A DNA stretch of 64,000 nucleotides. Origin: Acidiferrobacterales bacterium. Its GTDB lineage: Bacteria > Pseudomonadota > Gammaproteobacteria > Arenicellales > Poriferihabitantaceae. The notes beneath the pieces are model-generated. The model saw only the letters and a list, made by a program, of their open reading frames with translations, was not told where the DNA came from and ran no database searches. A program made the position numbers and the translations under genes. Each line of letters begins with the position of its first letter. The first letter of the stretch is position 1. The DNA lies in NCBI GenBank assembly GCA_019633985.1, contig JAHQWE010000088.1, positions 12,956 to 76,955 on the forward strand. The letters run 5' to 3'. Shown one piece after another: positions 9,167 to 20,303 of this stretch.

Positions 9167-10720
9167 TTACTCCTCCGCCACATAGTCCATGAGTTTTGGC
9201 AAGTGACTTGCAGCATGTTCAGATACCGCGCCCTCTTCTACTAAATTCGCAGCGGCTGCGATATCTGTTGCCATATAACGATCTTGATTCAGCGCTGGAA
9301 CTTTCTCCCTCAGTTCGGCAATCGTACGGTCGAGCACCGCACTGGTAGACAATGGCGCGCGAAAACCAATGCCCTGAGCACTAACCAACAGCTCAATACC
9401 GATAATCGTAGCTAAGTTCTGGTTCATAGGACCAAGCCGTCGTGCTGCATGACAGGCCATCGAAACATGGTCTTCCTGATTGGCGCTAGTTGGGGTGGAA
9501 TCCACAGAGCAAGGCATTGCTTTCTGTTTGTTTTCCGCCATGAGAGCAGCTGCCGTCACTTCGGCCACCATAAAACCCGAGTTCAATCCGGGAGCAGGAG
9601 AGAGAAATGCAGGCAAACCATAGTTCAGGGATGGATCCACCATGGTGGCAATTCTGCGTTCGGTTATCGACCCCGTTTCAGCAATGGCCAGGGCGATCTG
9701 GTCAGCAGCAAATGCGACAGGTTCTGCGTGGAAGTTTCCGCCTGACAAAATACTTTCTTCTTCCACAACGACCAAAGGATTATCTGTGACAGCATTCGCT
9801 TCGATTTCCAACACTTGTGCTACATGACGAAGCAGGTCCACACAGGCTCCCATTACCTGGGGTTGGCAACGCATACAGTAAGGATCTTGCACCCGGGTAT
9901 CATCCTCGCGATGTGATTCACGAATTTCAGAACCTGCTAGTAGCGCCCTGAGAGAAGCTCCAACAGCGATCTGCCCGGGGTGTCCCCTCAATGCATGGAT
10001 TTCACTTCGAAACGGTGCCGTGGATGCCATCATTGCGTCACTTGCCATTGCACCAGTGACCAATGCAGTTGTGACCAGATTCCATGCGTTAAACAAGCCC
10101 GCCAACGCGAGCGCTGTGGATACTTGGGTGCCGTTGATCATTCCCAACCCTTCTTTGGCTGCGAGCACTAGCGGTTTCAAACCTGCCTCGATGAACGCGG
10201 CTTTCGCGGGCAACACATCGCCCTTTACGCGAACATCTCCCTCTCCCATCATAGCCGCCGTTAGATGTGCCAACGGTGCCAGATCACCCGATGCACCCAC
10301 CGAACCTTGCGAGGGAATAACAGGATACATCCCTGCGTTGAACATTGCCTGTAAGTGCTCGATCAAGACCCAGCGTACACCCGAAGCCCCTCTAGCCAAA
10401 GAGTTGAGCTTGAGAACCATAATTAATCTGACGACATCATCTGGTAGTGGCTCACCAACGCCGCAGCAATGCGACAAAATTAAATTGCGTTGCAGCTGTT
10501 TGGTATCTTTAGCATCAATTCGGGTATTGGCCAACTTTCCAAACCCCGTGTTGACGCCATACACTGGCGAATCACTTTGGGCAGCGTCGGCAACCACTTT
10601 TGCAGCCAGATCAACGATGTTTTTTGCCGACACATCCAGTTCAACTCCCATCCTACCGCGATAAATCGATTCCAGTTGTAATAAGGTCAATGAGGCTGAC
10701 GTGAAGCACAATACCGTCAT
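9167..10720 (-). CDS. hutH: Histidine ammonia-lyase
   Basis: [11 protein letters not shown], the MIO precursor [15 protein letters not shown], and NFHAEP. The start overlaps the hutF stop (ATGA). Confidence 0.95.
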   Translation of the reverse strand: MTVLCFTSASLTLLQLESIYRGRMGVELDVSAKNIVDLAAKVVADAAQSDSPVYGVNTGFGKLANTRIDAKDTKQLQRNLILSHCCGVGEPLPDDVVRLIMVLKLNSLARGASGVRWVLIEHLQAMFNAGMYPVIPSQGSVGASGDLAPLAHLTAAMMGEGDVRVKGDVLPAKAAFIEAGLKPLVLAAKEGLGMINGTQVSTALALAGLFNAWNLVTTALVTGAMASDAMMASTAPFRSEIHALRGHPGQIAVGASLRALLAGSEIRESHREDDTRVQDPYCMRCQPQVMGACVDLLRHVAQVLEIEANAVTDNPLVVVEEESILSGGNFHAEPVAFAADQIALAIAETGSITERRIATMVDPSLNYGLPAFLSPAPGLNSGFMVAEVTAAALMAENKQKAMPCSVDSTPTSANQEDHVSMACHAARRLGPMNQNLATIIGIELLVSAQGIGFRAPLSTSAVLDRTIAELREKVPALNQDRYMATDIAAAANLVEEGAVSEHAASHLPKLMDYVAEE

Positions 10721-12129
10721 TGTGAATCTCCCAGCTGTTGCAAGGCAATCTTAAAATTTCGATGAATCTCAATTTCGTCAGCATGCTTTCCATTTTCTAT
10801 CGTCCGATAACCCTTGGTATAAACAGCTCGGATGGCGCTGCTGTCGGCAGCAAAAATCCAGCTATCTATCAATTCGTTTCTTGTTCTCTCCATGAGTCTA
10901 GGATGGGCCATATCCAACACGATAAAATTTGCTTGTGCACCAGCGGAAATACCACCTTGCGCTATACCACATGCCTTGTTACCACCCGTTACCGCCTGTT
11001 GAAACAATTGCGTTCCACAATGTTTTCTATTCCTATCTGTATTGTTCCCAGTATTATTCTCAGAGTTATTCAAAACGTTTCTTTGACGTCTTAGTAGTCG
11101 TTGCACGTATTCGAGCCATCGTAATTCTTCAGTCACAGAAACAGAAATTTGACTATCGCTACCGATTCCAAATCTCCCGCCTGCTTGAAGAAACATTGGC
11201 GCATTAAATATACCATCGCCTAAATTTGCTTCTGTGGTGGGACATAAACCTGCAGTAGCACCGGATTGGGCAAACCCGGTTAGTTCACTCTCTTCCAAGT
11301 GCGTTGCGTGGATAAGGCACCAGTCTGCATTCACCGAGAATCTTTCCAATACCCACTCCATCGGTCTCTGCCCACACCATTTCACGCAGTCTTCCACTTC
11401 CGTAGTTTGCTCGGCGATATGCAGATGGACCGGAATATCATTTGGCAATGCGCTCAACACATCTTTCAACAAACTCTCACTAATCGCCCGAAGGGAGTGC
11501 GGAGCAACACCGATTCGTTCCTCTTCGATCAATTCGGCTCTGACACACTCCCATAGTCGGCAGAACCCGTCTTGATCATTGGTAAAACGTTTTTGACCCT
11601 CGGTTGAAGGCTGCCCGCCGAAGCCGCCGTAACGATACAACACAGGCAGCGCAGTAAAACCAATTCCAACATCTCTCGCGGCACGCAGACACTGTAGTGT
11701 CATTTCTGCCGGGTTTTTATAAGCGTTTCCGTTTGGCATGTGATGCAGGTATTGAAATTCTGCTACGTGGGTATAGCCAGCCTGCAGCATTTCCAGGTAG
11801 AGCATTCTGGCGATATGGTAGAGTTGATCGGGGTTAATTCGCTCCAACATTTGGTACATCACCTTTCGCCAGCTCCAAAAGTTATCCTGCTCCCCGGAAG
11901 ACTGTTCTGCCAATCCTGTCATGGCACGCTGATGTGCATGGGAGTGCAGATTTGCAACGCCCGGTAGCACAGCCCCGGCAATTCTTTCATCAACGGATTT
12001 GCTTTCTTGTTCTGAGCAATTCAAACGGAGATTCTCAATAACCCCATCTGCCGATACCGACATGATGACCGACTGCCGCCAACCGTCGGGAAGCAAGATT
12101 GAGGGGCACCAGATGTTGCGTAAGGACAT
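10717..12129 (-). CDS. hutF: Formimidoylglutamate deiminase
   Basis: [22 protein letters not shown] metal-binding motif of the amidohydrolase/HutF family. Start taken at MSLRNIW (ATG 12129), because the longer track ORF to 12390 runs into hutI. Confidence 0.85.
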   Translation of the reverse strand: MSLRNIWCPSILLPDGWRQSVIMSVSADGVIENLRLNCSEQESKSVDERIAGAVLPGVANLHSHAHQRAMTGLAEQSSGEQDNFWSWRKVMYQMLERINPDQLYHIARMLYLEMLQAGYTHVAEFQYLHHMPNGNAYKNPAEMTLQCLRAARDVGIGFTALPVLYRYGGFGGQPSTEGQKRFTNDQDGFCRLWECVRAELIEEERIGVAPHSLRAISESLLKDVLSALPNDIPVHLHIAEQTTEVEDCVKWCGQRPMEWVLERFSVNADWCLIHATHLEESELTGFAQSGATAGLCPTTEANLGDGIFNAPMFLQAGGRFGIGSDSQISVSVTEELRWLEYVQRLLRRQRNVLNNSENNTGNNTDRNRKHCGTQLFQQAVTGGNKACGIAQGGISAGAQANFIVLDMAHPRLMERTRNELIDSWIFAADSSAIRAVYTKGYRTIENGKHADEIEIHRNFKIALQQLGDSQ

Positions 12130-12171
12130 AACTGACTTGCGAAGAAAGGGAGAGAAGTATAACATTCCATG

Positions 12172-12189
12172 TACATGTATATACAAGTA
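12172..12189. promoter_or_regulatory. Candidate HutC operator in the hutF<>hutI divergent promoter
   Basis: TACATGTATATACAAGTA is an 18-bp palindrome with one mismatched pair. Its core GTATATAC fits the HutC-subfamily GT-N-TA-N-AC rule and resembles the enterobacterial hut operator CTTGTATAGACAAG. Confidence 0.6.
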
Positions 12190-12210
12190 AAGATTTCTCT
12201 CGAATAGCCT

Positions 12211-13431
12211 ATGTCTGTCACACTCCTGACTAATGCCAATATCGTTTGTCTCCAGGACCATCGCTCTTATGGTCAGATTCAAAACGGTGCAGTGGCCATC
12301 AAAGACAACCATATCGAATGGGTAGGTGACCAACACGACTTGCCATCCAAAATCATGGCCAAGGCAAACGATACCTTCGATTGCCAACAAAAACTGCTAA
12401 CACCGGGACTGATTGATTGTCATACTCATCTCGTTTATGCAGGCAACCGCGCTGGAGAGTTTGAACAAAGGCTGCAGGGGAAAAGCTATGCAGAAATTTC
12501 TCAGAGCGGTGGTGGCATTATGAACACGGTGAGAGCAACTCGTGACGCGACAGAAGAATCGCTGGTTCAAGCATCAATGCCAAGATTGCGGAGCCTGCTG
12601 CGAGAGGGGGTAACCACGGTAGAAATCAAGTCAGGTTATGGATTGAATACCGAGAGCGAACTCAAAATGCTGCGCGCGGCCAGAAATTTGACAGACGATC
12701 TTGCAGTGCATACCCAAACCACTTTTCTGGCTGCCCACGCCCTGCCCCCTGAATTCGCCGGAAAAGCCGATACCTATATCGATCTTGTTTGCGAAGAAAT
12801 GCTGCCCGCTGCGGTAGAAGCGGGGCTCGCCGATGCGGTAGATGCGTTCTGCGAAACCATTGGATTTACATTGAAGCAGGTCGAGCGGGTATTTGACGCG
12901 GCAGACAAGTGGAACCTGCCGATTAAATGCCATGCTGAACAGTTAAGTGATATGGGTGCTGCTGCGATGAGTGCTGAACGCGGTGCGTTGTCGGTTGACC
13001 ATCTAGAATATCTCTCTGAATCATCGGTATCGACCATCGCTCAGGGGGGTAGTGTTGCGGTGCTTTTGCCCGGCGCGTTTTATGTGCTGGGTGAAACACA
13101 GCTTCCTCCAATGGACGCGCTCCGCGCAGCTGAAGTACCAATTGCCATCGCCACAGACGCTAACCCCGGCAGTTCCCCCCTGTTCTCTCCGTTAACGGCG
13201 ATGAACTTAGGGTGTATTTTATTTGGCCTGACCCCTCTCGAGGCACTTGCCGGCACCACGATTCAGGCCGCCAGGGCATTGGGTTTACAAAGCAGAGTTG
13301 GGTCTATCGAACCTGGTAAACAAGCTGATCTGGTTTTATGGAATTGTCAGCACCCAGCAGAATTGAGCTACCAGATAGGATTAAATCCGTGTGAAAGAGT
13401 CATGCAAGCAGGTCACTGGCGATCTCTTTAG
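12211..13431 (+). CDS. hutI: Imidazolonepropionase
   Basis: GLIDCHTHLVYAG, KCHAEQLS and ATDANPGSSP motifs of HutI. Confidence 0.95.
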   Translation: MSVTLLTNANIVCLQDHRSYGQIQNGAVAIKDNHIEWVGDQHDLPSKIMAKANDTFDCQQKLLTPGLIDCHTHLVYAGNRAGEFEQRLQGKSYAEISQSGGGIMNTVRATRDATEESLVQASMPRLRSLLREGVTTVEIKSGYGLNTESELKMLRAARNLTDDLAVHTQTTFLAAHALPPEFAGKADTYIDLVCEEMLPAAVEAGLADAVDAFCETIGFTLKQVERVFDAADKWNLPIKCHAEQLSDMGAAAMSAERGALSVDHLEYLSESSVSTIAQGGSVAVLLPGAFYVLGETQLPPMDALRAAEVPIAIATDANPGSSPLFSPLTAMNLGCILFGLTPLEALAGTTIQAARALGLQSRVGSIEPGKQADLVLWNCQHPAELSYQIGLNPCERVMQAGHWRSL

Positions 13432-13444
13432 GCAGTATAAAAAT

Positions 13445-14206
13445 ATGAATCCAACAACACACGCTCAGCTGAGCAAGATTCAGAAAGCATCGGAACTTCC
13501 GCTCTATCAGCAAATTAAATCTGATATTCGCAATAAGATTGATCGAGATGAATGGCTTCCAGGGCAAAAACTGCCTTCGGAAAATACCCTGGTAGCACGA
13601 CTTGGCGTCAGCCGTATGACAGTGCATCGGGCATTACGAGAACTAACCCACGAAGGGTTATTGAGTCGCGTACATGGCCTTGGAACGTTCGTCGCAAAGC
13701 CGCAACGACATGCCAGCCTGATACGACTGCAGGATATCGCGGAAGAGGTTCGAGCGACCGAAGGTCACTACAGCTGTAAAGTGTTGAAGCAACAGATGGT
13801 AAAAATCAAGGGGGTTGCAGCCACTGAAATGGCAACGCCCCCAGACAGCCCTGTGTGTCATTTAAGAGTGGTGCACTTTCAGGACGAAGTGGCGATACAA
13901 CTAGAGGATCGCCTGATCCATCCCGATTTTTTTACCGAGTTTGAGAACACGGATTTCTCTCAAAGAACTGCTACCGATATTTTGGTTAATCAGTTTAAAC
14001 CGGATGAAATGGAGCATATTGTCCGTGCAATTCCCGCCAGCAAAAGCACTTCAAGGATACTGGCAATTGAGCCAGGAGAACCTTGTATTGAACTCACCCG
14101 GCGTACCTGGAAAAACGATCGTATTGTCACCCGGGTGGTGTTGACCTATCCCGGAAGCCGATATGACCTGCGGGAGAGATACCGAACCGAAGACGTTTCA
14201 ACTTAA
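13445..14206 (+). CDS. hutC: Histidine utilisation repressor (GntR family, HutC subfamily)
   Basis: ATG at 13445 (MNPTTHAQL). The wHTH reads PLYQQIKSDIRNKIDRDEWLPGQKLPSENTLVARLGVSRMTVHRALRELTHEGLL, followed by a UTRA-type C-terminal domain. Confidence 0.9.
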   Translation: MNPTTHAQLSKIQKASELPLYQQIKSDIRNKIDRDEWLPGQKLPSENTLVARLGVSRMTVHRALRELTHEGLLSRVHGLGTFVAKPQRHASLIRLQDIAEEVRATEGHYSCKVLKQQMVKIKGVAATEMATPPDSPVCHLRVVHFQDEVAIQLEDRLIHPDFFTEFENTDFSQRTATDILVNQFKPDEMEHIVRAIPASKSTSRILAIEPGEPCIELTRRTWKNDRIVTRVVLTYPGSRYDLRERYRTEDVST

Positions 14207-14218
14207 TACTCCAATCAA

Positions 14219-15892
14219 ATGGCAAATACCAGAATAGACACATCCAGAATTGTTCGAGCGCCTAAAGGCGATACCCTGCATTGTAAGAGCTGGCTTGCAG
14301 AAGCCGCCTTCCGCATGATCCAGAACAATCTCGATCCCGATGTAGCTGAAAACCCTGCAGAGTTGATTGTTTACGGGGGTATTGGTCGGGCTGCAAGAGA
14401 CTGGGAGAGTTTTGACAAGATTCTCGAATGCTTGCGGGCCCTTGAATGTGATCAAACACTGTTAGTGCAGTCGGGTAAGCCAGTCGGGGTGTTTCAAACT
14501 CATGCAGATGCACCTCGTGTGCTAATTGCCAATTCCAATCTCGTTCCCGCTTGGGCGAATTGGGATCACTTTAACGAACTCGATCGCAAGGGATTGATGA
14601 TGTACGGTCAAATGACCGCCGGCTCATGGATTTATATTGGGAGTCAGGGAATCGTCCAGGGCACCTACGAAACCTTTGTCGAAGCAGGTCGTCAACACTT
14701 TAATGGCGACACCTCGGGCAAGTGGATACTGACCTGTGGCCTCGGTGGCATGGGTGCGGCGCAACCACTGGCAGCTACCATGGCGGGGTATAGTATGTTG
14801 TGCGTTGAATGCGACGAGAGCCGAATCGACTTTCGGTTGCGTACCCGTTATGTCGACCAAAAAGCCGCCAGTTTGGATGAAGCTCTGGCGATGATAGAGC
14901 AGTCCTGCACGGACAAAAAACCGTTATCCGTTGCCTTGTTGGGGAATGGGGCGGAAATCTTACCCGAGCTGATTGAACGCGGCATCAAACCCGACCTGGT
15001 TACCGACCAGACCTCTGCCCATGATCCTGTGAACGGCTACCTTCCCGCAGGATGGAGCCTTTCGCAATGGCATGAGGAACAAAAGAAAAACCCGAGGCGA
15101 GTCGCCGAGGAAGCGAGACACAGTATGGCCACGCACGTACTCGCTATGTTGCAATTTCATAATCAGGGAATTCCGACCGTTGATTATGGCAATAATATTC
15201 GTCAGGAAGCGTTGAATGACGGCGTAGAAAACGCCTTTGATTTCCCAGGGTTCGTCCCCGCCTATGTACGACCGTTATTTTGCCGAGGTGTGGGGCCGTT
15301 TCGATGGGTTGCGCTCTCTGGTGACCCCGAAGACATTTATAAAACCGATGCGATGGTCAAACAGATGATCCCTGATGACCCACATCTGCACAACTGGCTG
15401 GATATGGCCCAAAAGAAAATTACTTTTCAAGGTTTACCAGCACGAATTTGCTGGGTTGGCCTCGGTCAACGCCACCGTCTGGGACTCGCATTTAACAAAA
15501 TGGTGCGGGATGGCGAATTAAAAGCGCCGGTCGTCATCGGGCGAGATCATCTTGACTCCGGCTCTGTCGCCAGCCCCAACCGGGAAACAGAATCGATGAT
15601 CGATGGATCGGATGCAGTTTCCGATTGGCCATTATTGAACGCTATGCTCAACACAGCAGGTGGTGCGACCTGGGTATCACTTCATCATGGCGGCGGCGTC
15701 GGAATGGGCTACTCACAACACTCCGGTGTAGTCATCGTATGTGATGGCACAGAAGCAGCTGATCGACGCATTGAGCGAGTGCTGTGGAATGACCCAGCTT
15801 CCGGCGTCATGCGTCATGCCGATGCTGGTTATCGGGACGCCAAGGAATGTGCGACAAAGAATCAGCTTAATCTGGCAGCGATCGATCTCTAA
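14219..15892 (+). CDS. hutU: Urocanate hydratase
   Basis: 557 aa with [12 protein letters not shown] and the end-to-end urocanase pattern. Confidence 0.95.
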   Translation: MANTRIDTSRIVRAPKGDTLHCKSWLAEAAFRMIQNNLDPDVAENPAELIVYGGIGRAARDWESFDKILECLRALECDQTLLVQSGKPVGVFQTHADAPRVLIANSNLVPAWANWDHFNELDRKGLMMYGQMTAGSWIYIGSQGIVQGTYETFVEAGRQHFNGDTSGKWILTCGLGGMGAAQPLAATMAGYSMLCVECDESRIDFRLRTRYVDQKAASLDEALAMIEQSCTDKKPLSVALLGNGAEILPELIERGIKPDLVTDQTSAHDPVNGYLPAGWSLSQWHEEQKKNPRRVAEEARHSMATHVLAMLQFHNQGIPTVDYGNNIRQEALNDGVENAFDFPGFVPAYVRPLFCRGVGPFRWVALSGDPEDIYKTDAMVKQMIPDDPHLHNWLDMAQKKITFQGLPARICWVGLGQRHRLGLAFNKMVRDGELKAPVVIGRDHLDSGSVASPNRETESMIDGSDAVSDWPLLNAMLNTAGGATWVSLHHGGGVGMGYSQHSGVVIVCDGTEAADRRIERVLWNDPASGVMRHADAGYRDAKECATKNQLNLAAIDL

Positions 15893-15905
15893 ACTAAGTA
15901 CTCTG

Positions 15906-16907
15906 ATGACTAAAATCCACATTACCTATTTAAACGGCCCGGAAATTGACAGTCTGGAGCTGACCAATGACGAGATTCTGGACGCGGTTGAATCCGGATT
16001 GCTTGCTGCGGGTAATCAACAAACTGTCATTGAGCCCCGTATGCATCTGACCCCAGACCCGGCATTCAACGGGCACTTTAATGTTCTGCGTGGCTATGTA
16101 GCTCCACTAGAACTGGCAGGTGTAAAAATTGTTGGCGATTACGTCAATAACTATCAAAGAGGCCTGCCATCCGAGATGGCTATGCTGAATTTATTCAACC
16201 CTCAAACCGGTATGCCGGTGGCTATTATTGACGCCACCGCAATCACCGAGATGCGCACCGGCGCCTTGAGTGCACTGGGCGCAAAATATCTTGCTCCATC
16301 AAAACCCAAACGTCTGGGGCATATTGGCGCCAGAGGGACAGCCTATTGGAATGTTCGTTTATTGGATCACCTGTTCGACTTTGAGGAGATCAGAGTCCAC
16401 TCCCGTCGCCCTGAGAGTCGGGAGCCCTTTGCTGCCAGATTGTCGGAAGATTTGAATAAAGCTGTGGAAGCGAGTTCAGATTGGGAGCGGTGTCTGAACG
16501 GCGCGGACATCCTGGTAGAGGCTTCTCGACTTCCAGAACCGAAACCGCTTTTTAAATCAGACTGGGTAAAAAAAGGGGCTCTCGCCATTCCTTACGGCAC
16601 CATGAGCACTCTGGAAATAGACCTGACTGATCGAATGGACAAAATTGTGGTGGATGATCGCGGGCAGATGAACGCCGGGCCTTATGGTGCGTTAAGACCA
16701 CATATTAATGCAGGCAAAGTAAGCGCGGAAACTGTGCATGCTGAGATCGGGGAAATCGTTGCGGGCCACCAAAGCGGAAGAGAAAACGACGAGGAAACCA
16801 TCTTGTTCTGGCACCGCGGTTTATCGACCAGCGATATTGCACTCGGCGCCGCGATTCTAGAAAAGGCGAAACGTTTGGGTGTGGGTCAAACCCTGGTATA
16901 CGCCTGA
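15906..16907 (+). CDS. Ornithine cyclodeaminase / mu-crystallin family protein
   Basis: ATG at 15906 (MTKIHITYLNG), 14 nt after the hutU stop. The track ORF from 15741 overlaps hutU. Rossmann stretch RLGHIGARGTAYWN and typical OCD length. Confidence 0.75.
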   Translation: MTKIHITYLNGPEIDSLELTNDEILDAVESGLLAAGNQQTVIEPRMHLTPDPAFNGHFNVLRGYVAPLELAGVKIVGDYVNNYQRGLPSEMAMLNLFNPQTGMPVAIIDATAITEMRTGALSALGAKYLAPSKPKRLGHIGARGTAYWNVRLLDHLFDFEEIRVHSRRPESREPFAARLSEDLNKAVEASSDWERCLNGADILVEASRLPEPKPLFKSDWVKKGALAIPYGTMSTLEIDLTDRMDKIVVDDRGQMNAGPYGALRPHINAGKVSAETVHAEIGEIVAGHQSGRENDEETILFWHRGLSTSDIALGAAILEKAKRLGVGQTLVYA

Positions 16908-16951
16908 GTGGCAACCTACAATCTGTTATCACCACAAATAAATCGAATTTC

Positions 16952-17656
16952 ATGAAAAATATCCAAGGTAAAAAAGCGATCGTGCTGGGCGGCACATCCG
17001 GTATTGGTCTTGCCGCTACCCAGCAGCTAAGAGAGGCCGGTGCAACGGTGATTGCCGCAAGTCGAAGAGGCACTTTCGAAGGGGATCAAAATGGCATTGT
17101 CCTCGAGAAGGTGGACGTACTAGATCGCGATGGACTCACGGCCTTGTTTGAAAAACATGCACCATTTGATTTTCTTGTTTGTGCGGCAACAGGCGGCGCT
17201 CGTGCCAAGGGCCCCTTTCTTGAAATGGATCTGGACGGTTTTCAAGGCTCTTTCGCCAAACTATGGGGGTATACCAATGCAGTGCGACTGGGAACTCATC
17301 ATCTCGCAGAGGACGGTGCCATTGTTTTGGTAAGCGGCTCTCCCGCGAGAAAATGTGGCCCCGGAATGCTGGCGATATCCACCGTAGGCAACGCCGTAGA
17401 GGGTTTTGCCCGCGCTGTTGCACCGGAAATTGCGCCAAGGAGAATTAATCTGGTCTCACCCGGACTGATCGATACACCGATGGTCCCTCTCGAAGGCAAA
17501 GAGAGAGATACGCACTTTGAAAACGCGACAAAGGGTCAGCTAATCCCGCGCGCCGGTACTGCCGATGAAGTGGCACAGGCTATCTTATTGACACTGGACA
17601 ACCCTTTTATGACCGGTGCAACCATTGATGTCGACGGTGGAATACTGCTTCCGTAG
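16952..17656 (+). CDS. Short-chain dehydrogenase/reductase (SDR)
   Basis: AIVLGGTSGIGLAAT (TGxxxGIG cofactor motif), ~234 aa, and a C-terminal MTGATIDVDGG typical of classical SDRs. Confidence 0.85.
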   Translation: MKNIQGKKAIVLGGTSGIGLAATQQLREAGATVIAASRRGTFEGDQNGIVLEKVDVLDRDGLTALFEKHAPFDFLVCAATGGARAKGPFLEMDLDGFQGSFAKLWGYTNAVRLGTHHLAEDGAIVLVSGSPARKCGPGMLAISTVGNAVEGFARAVAPEIAPRRINLVSPGLIDTPMVPLEGKERDTHFENATKGQLIPRAGTADEVAQAILLTLDNPFMTGATIDVDGGILLP

Positions 17657-17687
17657 ACCGATTATGTGCCGGCAGCGACGATTTAAA

Positions 17688-19211
17688 TCACGAAACGTTT
17701 TTAGCTGATGGTTTTTCACAGCGAAATTTACCGCGACGGATCGCATCGCTAATCAAATTGATATCATCCGTGATAGAGCGATCAGCCTGAATAGGCGCAC
17801 TATCCAGTCTGATCTGCTCAACCCATCGCAACACTTGTGGCGCTTTCTGCACCCCCTTTAACATATCAATTGCCTGCGCTCCCATGATCAGTTCCATAGC
17901 ACAAAGTTGACTGATCTGATCGAGCACGCGACCTAGGGACCGAATGGCCAGTGGCGCATGGGATTGAATATCTTCCACTCCCTCAGCATTGATACTTGGC
18001 CATACCGTAGCGGGCGTTGCATCATGGTGTACGCCGGCTACCAGGGCTTCCGCAATTTTTAACACGGGTGCAAATCCATTCGACTCGACCCCTCCCGAAG
18101 CCAGAAATTGTGGCAAGCCGCTAAATCTTGCGCTAAGTAATTTCGACATTCGGGCCAGCTGTGCAGTCGCAACATGCGCCAGTGCCTGACTCATCGACTG
18201 GGCGACCAATGCAAGATGCGCAGTGTAGTACGTACCACAAGAAAGTACTCTACAACCAGCTAAGTCAACAATCGGGTTGTCCGTCACGCTATTGATCTCG
18301 ATGGTGGCGACGGTCTTCAGGTTTTCCAATGCGGAAAATGCAGCGGCATGTACGTGCACTGCATTTCTCATTGATAATGGGTCTTGCAAGCGCTTTGCCT
18401 GGTTGGCGTTCTTGAGCGCGCTACCCGCCAACCCGTCCAACAACTGTAAAGCCGTTTCAGCCTGCAGGTGCTGCGGATGAAGCGCAGATGCGATCGGATC
18501 TAGGGGCGTGAGGTTAGCTCGCATCGCCTCCATCGTAATGATGGTAGCGGCCTGCACTGCCTCCATCACGTAGCCACATGAAATTCCACTCAGAGCGAGC
18601 AATGCGCCGGAAAAACTTGAATGACTAGCGATGACCAGGCCGTCTTTGGGGCCAGGTTTGAAGGGTGGTACGTTGGCCGACGCTAACGCTTCCGTTGCAT
18701 CACAAATTTCGCCGGAACTATTTCGCATTTTCCCTTCGCCAGTAAGCGCCAGCCCCAGGGTCGCTCCCCAACACAAATCTGCAACACCGATCGAGCCAAT
18801 CTCACCGATGATCGGCGTCGTATCTGTTCTTAAACAGGCAAGAAGGCAATCCGCTAATTCTGGGGAAGCGCCCGCCGCGCCAGTCATTAATGTATTTATC
18901 CGAACCGCCATCGCCGCTCGCACAATATGTTTTGCAAGTGGCTCGCCGAGGGATTGTGCTCTACCCCGTAGGGTTTGCACAGAAAAACGAGATAGTTGTT
19001 CACCAGACAATCCTTCTCCGGCCTGGGAACCCAACCCGGTTGTCAGCCCGTAAATGACCTCACTACGTTCCAGTGCAGACAGCACAATTTCCCTGCCCTC
19101 TTGCATTCTCTCTTTTCCATCTACCGATAAGATGATCTCGGTATCTTCTGAGCCAGCAATACGCGCCAGATCAACAAGAGAAAGTGAGTAACCATCGAGA
19201 AGAATTTTCAA
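17688..19211 (-). CDS. Aromatic amino-acid ammonia-lyase family protein lacking the Ala-Ser-Gly MIO motif
   Basis: Collinear with hutH (YGLTTGLG, NSVTDNP), but the MIO segment reads GSIGVADLCWGATL instead of [18 protein letters not shown] start. Confidence 0.8.
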   Translation of the reverse strand: MKILLDGYSLSLVDLARIAGSEDTEIILSVDGKERMQEGREIVLSALERSEVIYGLTTGLGSQAGEGLSGEQLSRFSVQTLRGRAQSLGEPLAKHIVRAAMAVRINTLMTGAAGASPELADCLLACLRTDTTPIIGEIGSIGVADLCWGATLGLALTGEGKMRNSSGEICDATEALASANVPPFKPGPKDGLVIASHSSFSGALLALSGISCGYVMEAVQAATIITMEAMRANLTPLDPIASALHPQHLQAETALQLLDGLAGSALKNANQAKRLQDPLSMRNAVHVHAAAFSALENLKTVATIEINSVTDNPIVDLAGCRVLSCGTYYTAHLALVAQSMSQALAHVATAQLARMSKLLSARFSGLPQFLASGGVESNGFAPVLKIAEALVAGVHHDATPATVWPSINAEGVEDIQSHAPLAIRSLGRVLDQISQLCAMELIMGAQAIDMLKGVQKAPQVLRWVEQIRLDSAPIQADRSITDDINLISDAIRRGKFRCEKPSAKNVS

Positions 19212-19405
19212 AGATACAGCCTAGCTCAAATATTTCATTAACGCCTGGAAAGGAGAGAGCATCGCGTTGAACCGGTAACGCATATGATGCAGGCAGGGCT
19301 TTAAACTAACAGGATAAACTGTACCGCCCGCAGCGCCGAAATAACAGCGCTAATTTAATCATCTATGTCCATTCTGCGGAATTGGTATGTCGCTGAGCTT
19401 TCGGA

Positions 19406-20278
19406 TTACTGTTTGCGCAATTGAGAAACAATTTGGCGATTCACCGAGAGATAACCGCGGTGAGAGACAGCGATTTCAGGTGACAACTTCTTCGTCACCT
19501 GGTGCAACCGAAAAAACGGCACCCCCGCATAAGCGTGATGCGCAGTATGGTGATTCATATTCCAGCAGAACCAGGTCATGAACCGGTTGCTATAGGTGGT
19601 TCTGGTATTTCGTAACATATCTTCCACCTCATCACAGCCAGTATGTTCTGCCATCAAGAACATTCTCAAAAATGGCTGTCCCACTATCAAAGGAACCACC
19701 CAAAACCAGACAAGCACCATCGACTGCATAGCGATTGAAACAAAAAATGCGAGTAGATAGAAAACCAGGAACAATCGGGCTTCCGCAATCACCCCACGTT
19801 TTTGGCGCTCAGGCACAAAGTCGTCGGTGCGCCCAAGGGCCCCTCGAAAGAGCACCCTGGTTTCAGCAATCAAATAGGGGATGCCACTCACAATCCACAT
19901 ATATTCGCGGACATTCTCGGGCTTCGGCGTAACAAGCTCAGGATCTTTTCCAGGTAGTTGCGTATACCTGTGATGTGCCATATGAAATGCGTGAAAATAA
20001 CGGGGAGGCAAAACGATCATTAGCCCCAGGATAAAGCTTGTTGATTTATTTAACCAACGAGTCGCAAACAAACTCCCGTGGATTGATTCATGCAATGGGC
20101 AAAAGCTGAAGATGAAAAAGATACTGTATAGCAAGCCGGGTATCAGCGCATATGCACCGGGCGTCACCAGCATCAACCAGCAAAGTAAAATAAGAGCGAC
20201 AAAATGTTGCCCTATACGAGACAAACCCTTTTGATCAGAACGGCGAGTTAGCACTGACAAATCCTCCGGAGCGATCAT
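19406..20278 (-). CDS. Membrane fatty-acid desaturase family protein
   Basis: Three histidine boxes: HESIHG, HMAHHRY and HHTAHHAY. Start set at the ATG at 20278, downstream of the upstream gene's stop. Confidence 0.85.
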   Translation of the reverse strand: MIAPEDLSVLTRRSDQKGLSRIGQHFVALILLCWLMLVTPGAYALIPGLLYSIFFIFSFCPLHESIHGSLFATRWLNKSTSFILGLMIVLPPRYFHAFHMAHHRYTQLPGKDPELVTPKPENVREYMWIVSGIPYLIAETRVLFRGALGRTDDFVPERQKRGVIAEARLFLVFYLLAFFVSIAMQSMVLVWFWVVPLIVGQPFLRMFLMAEHTGCDEVEDMLRNTRTTYSNRFMTWFCWNMNHHTAHHAYAGVPFFRLHQVTKKLSPEIAVSHRGYLSVNRQIVSQLRKQ

Positions 20279-20303
20279 TTGCCCACGCCTTGCGCCTGTT
20301 AAT

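Noticed and set aside
10020-10664. A 214-aa plus-strand ORF inside hutH. Similar antisense ORFs lie in hutF, hutI and the HAL paralogue, for example 18631..19053.
   Set aside because: They are antisense shadows of well-supported genes with Ala/Ser/Thr/Pro-rich compositions, typical of the reverse frame of GC-biased codons.
12130-12390. An 87-codon upstream extension of the hutF ORF.
   Set aside because: It would run through the divergent promoter and into hutI on the other strand. HutF similarity begins at MSLRNIW (ATG 12129).
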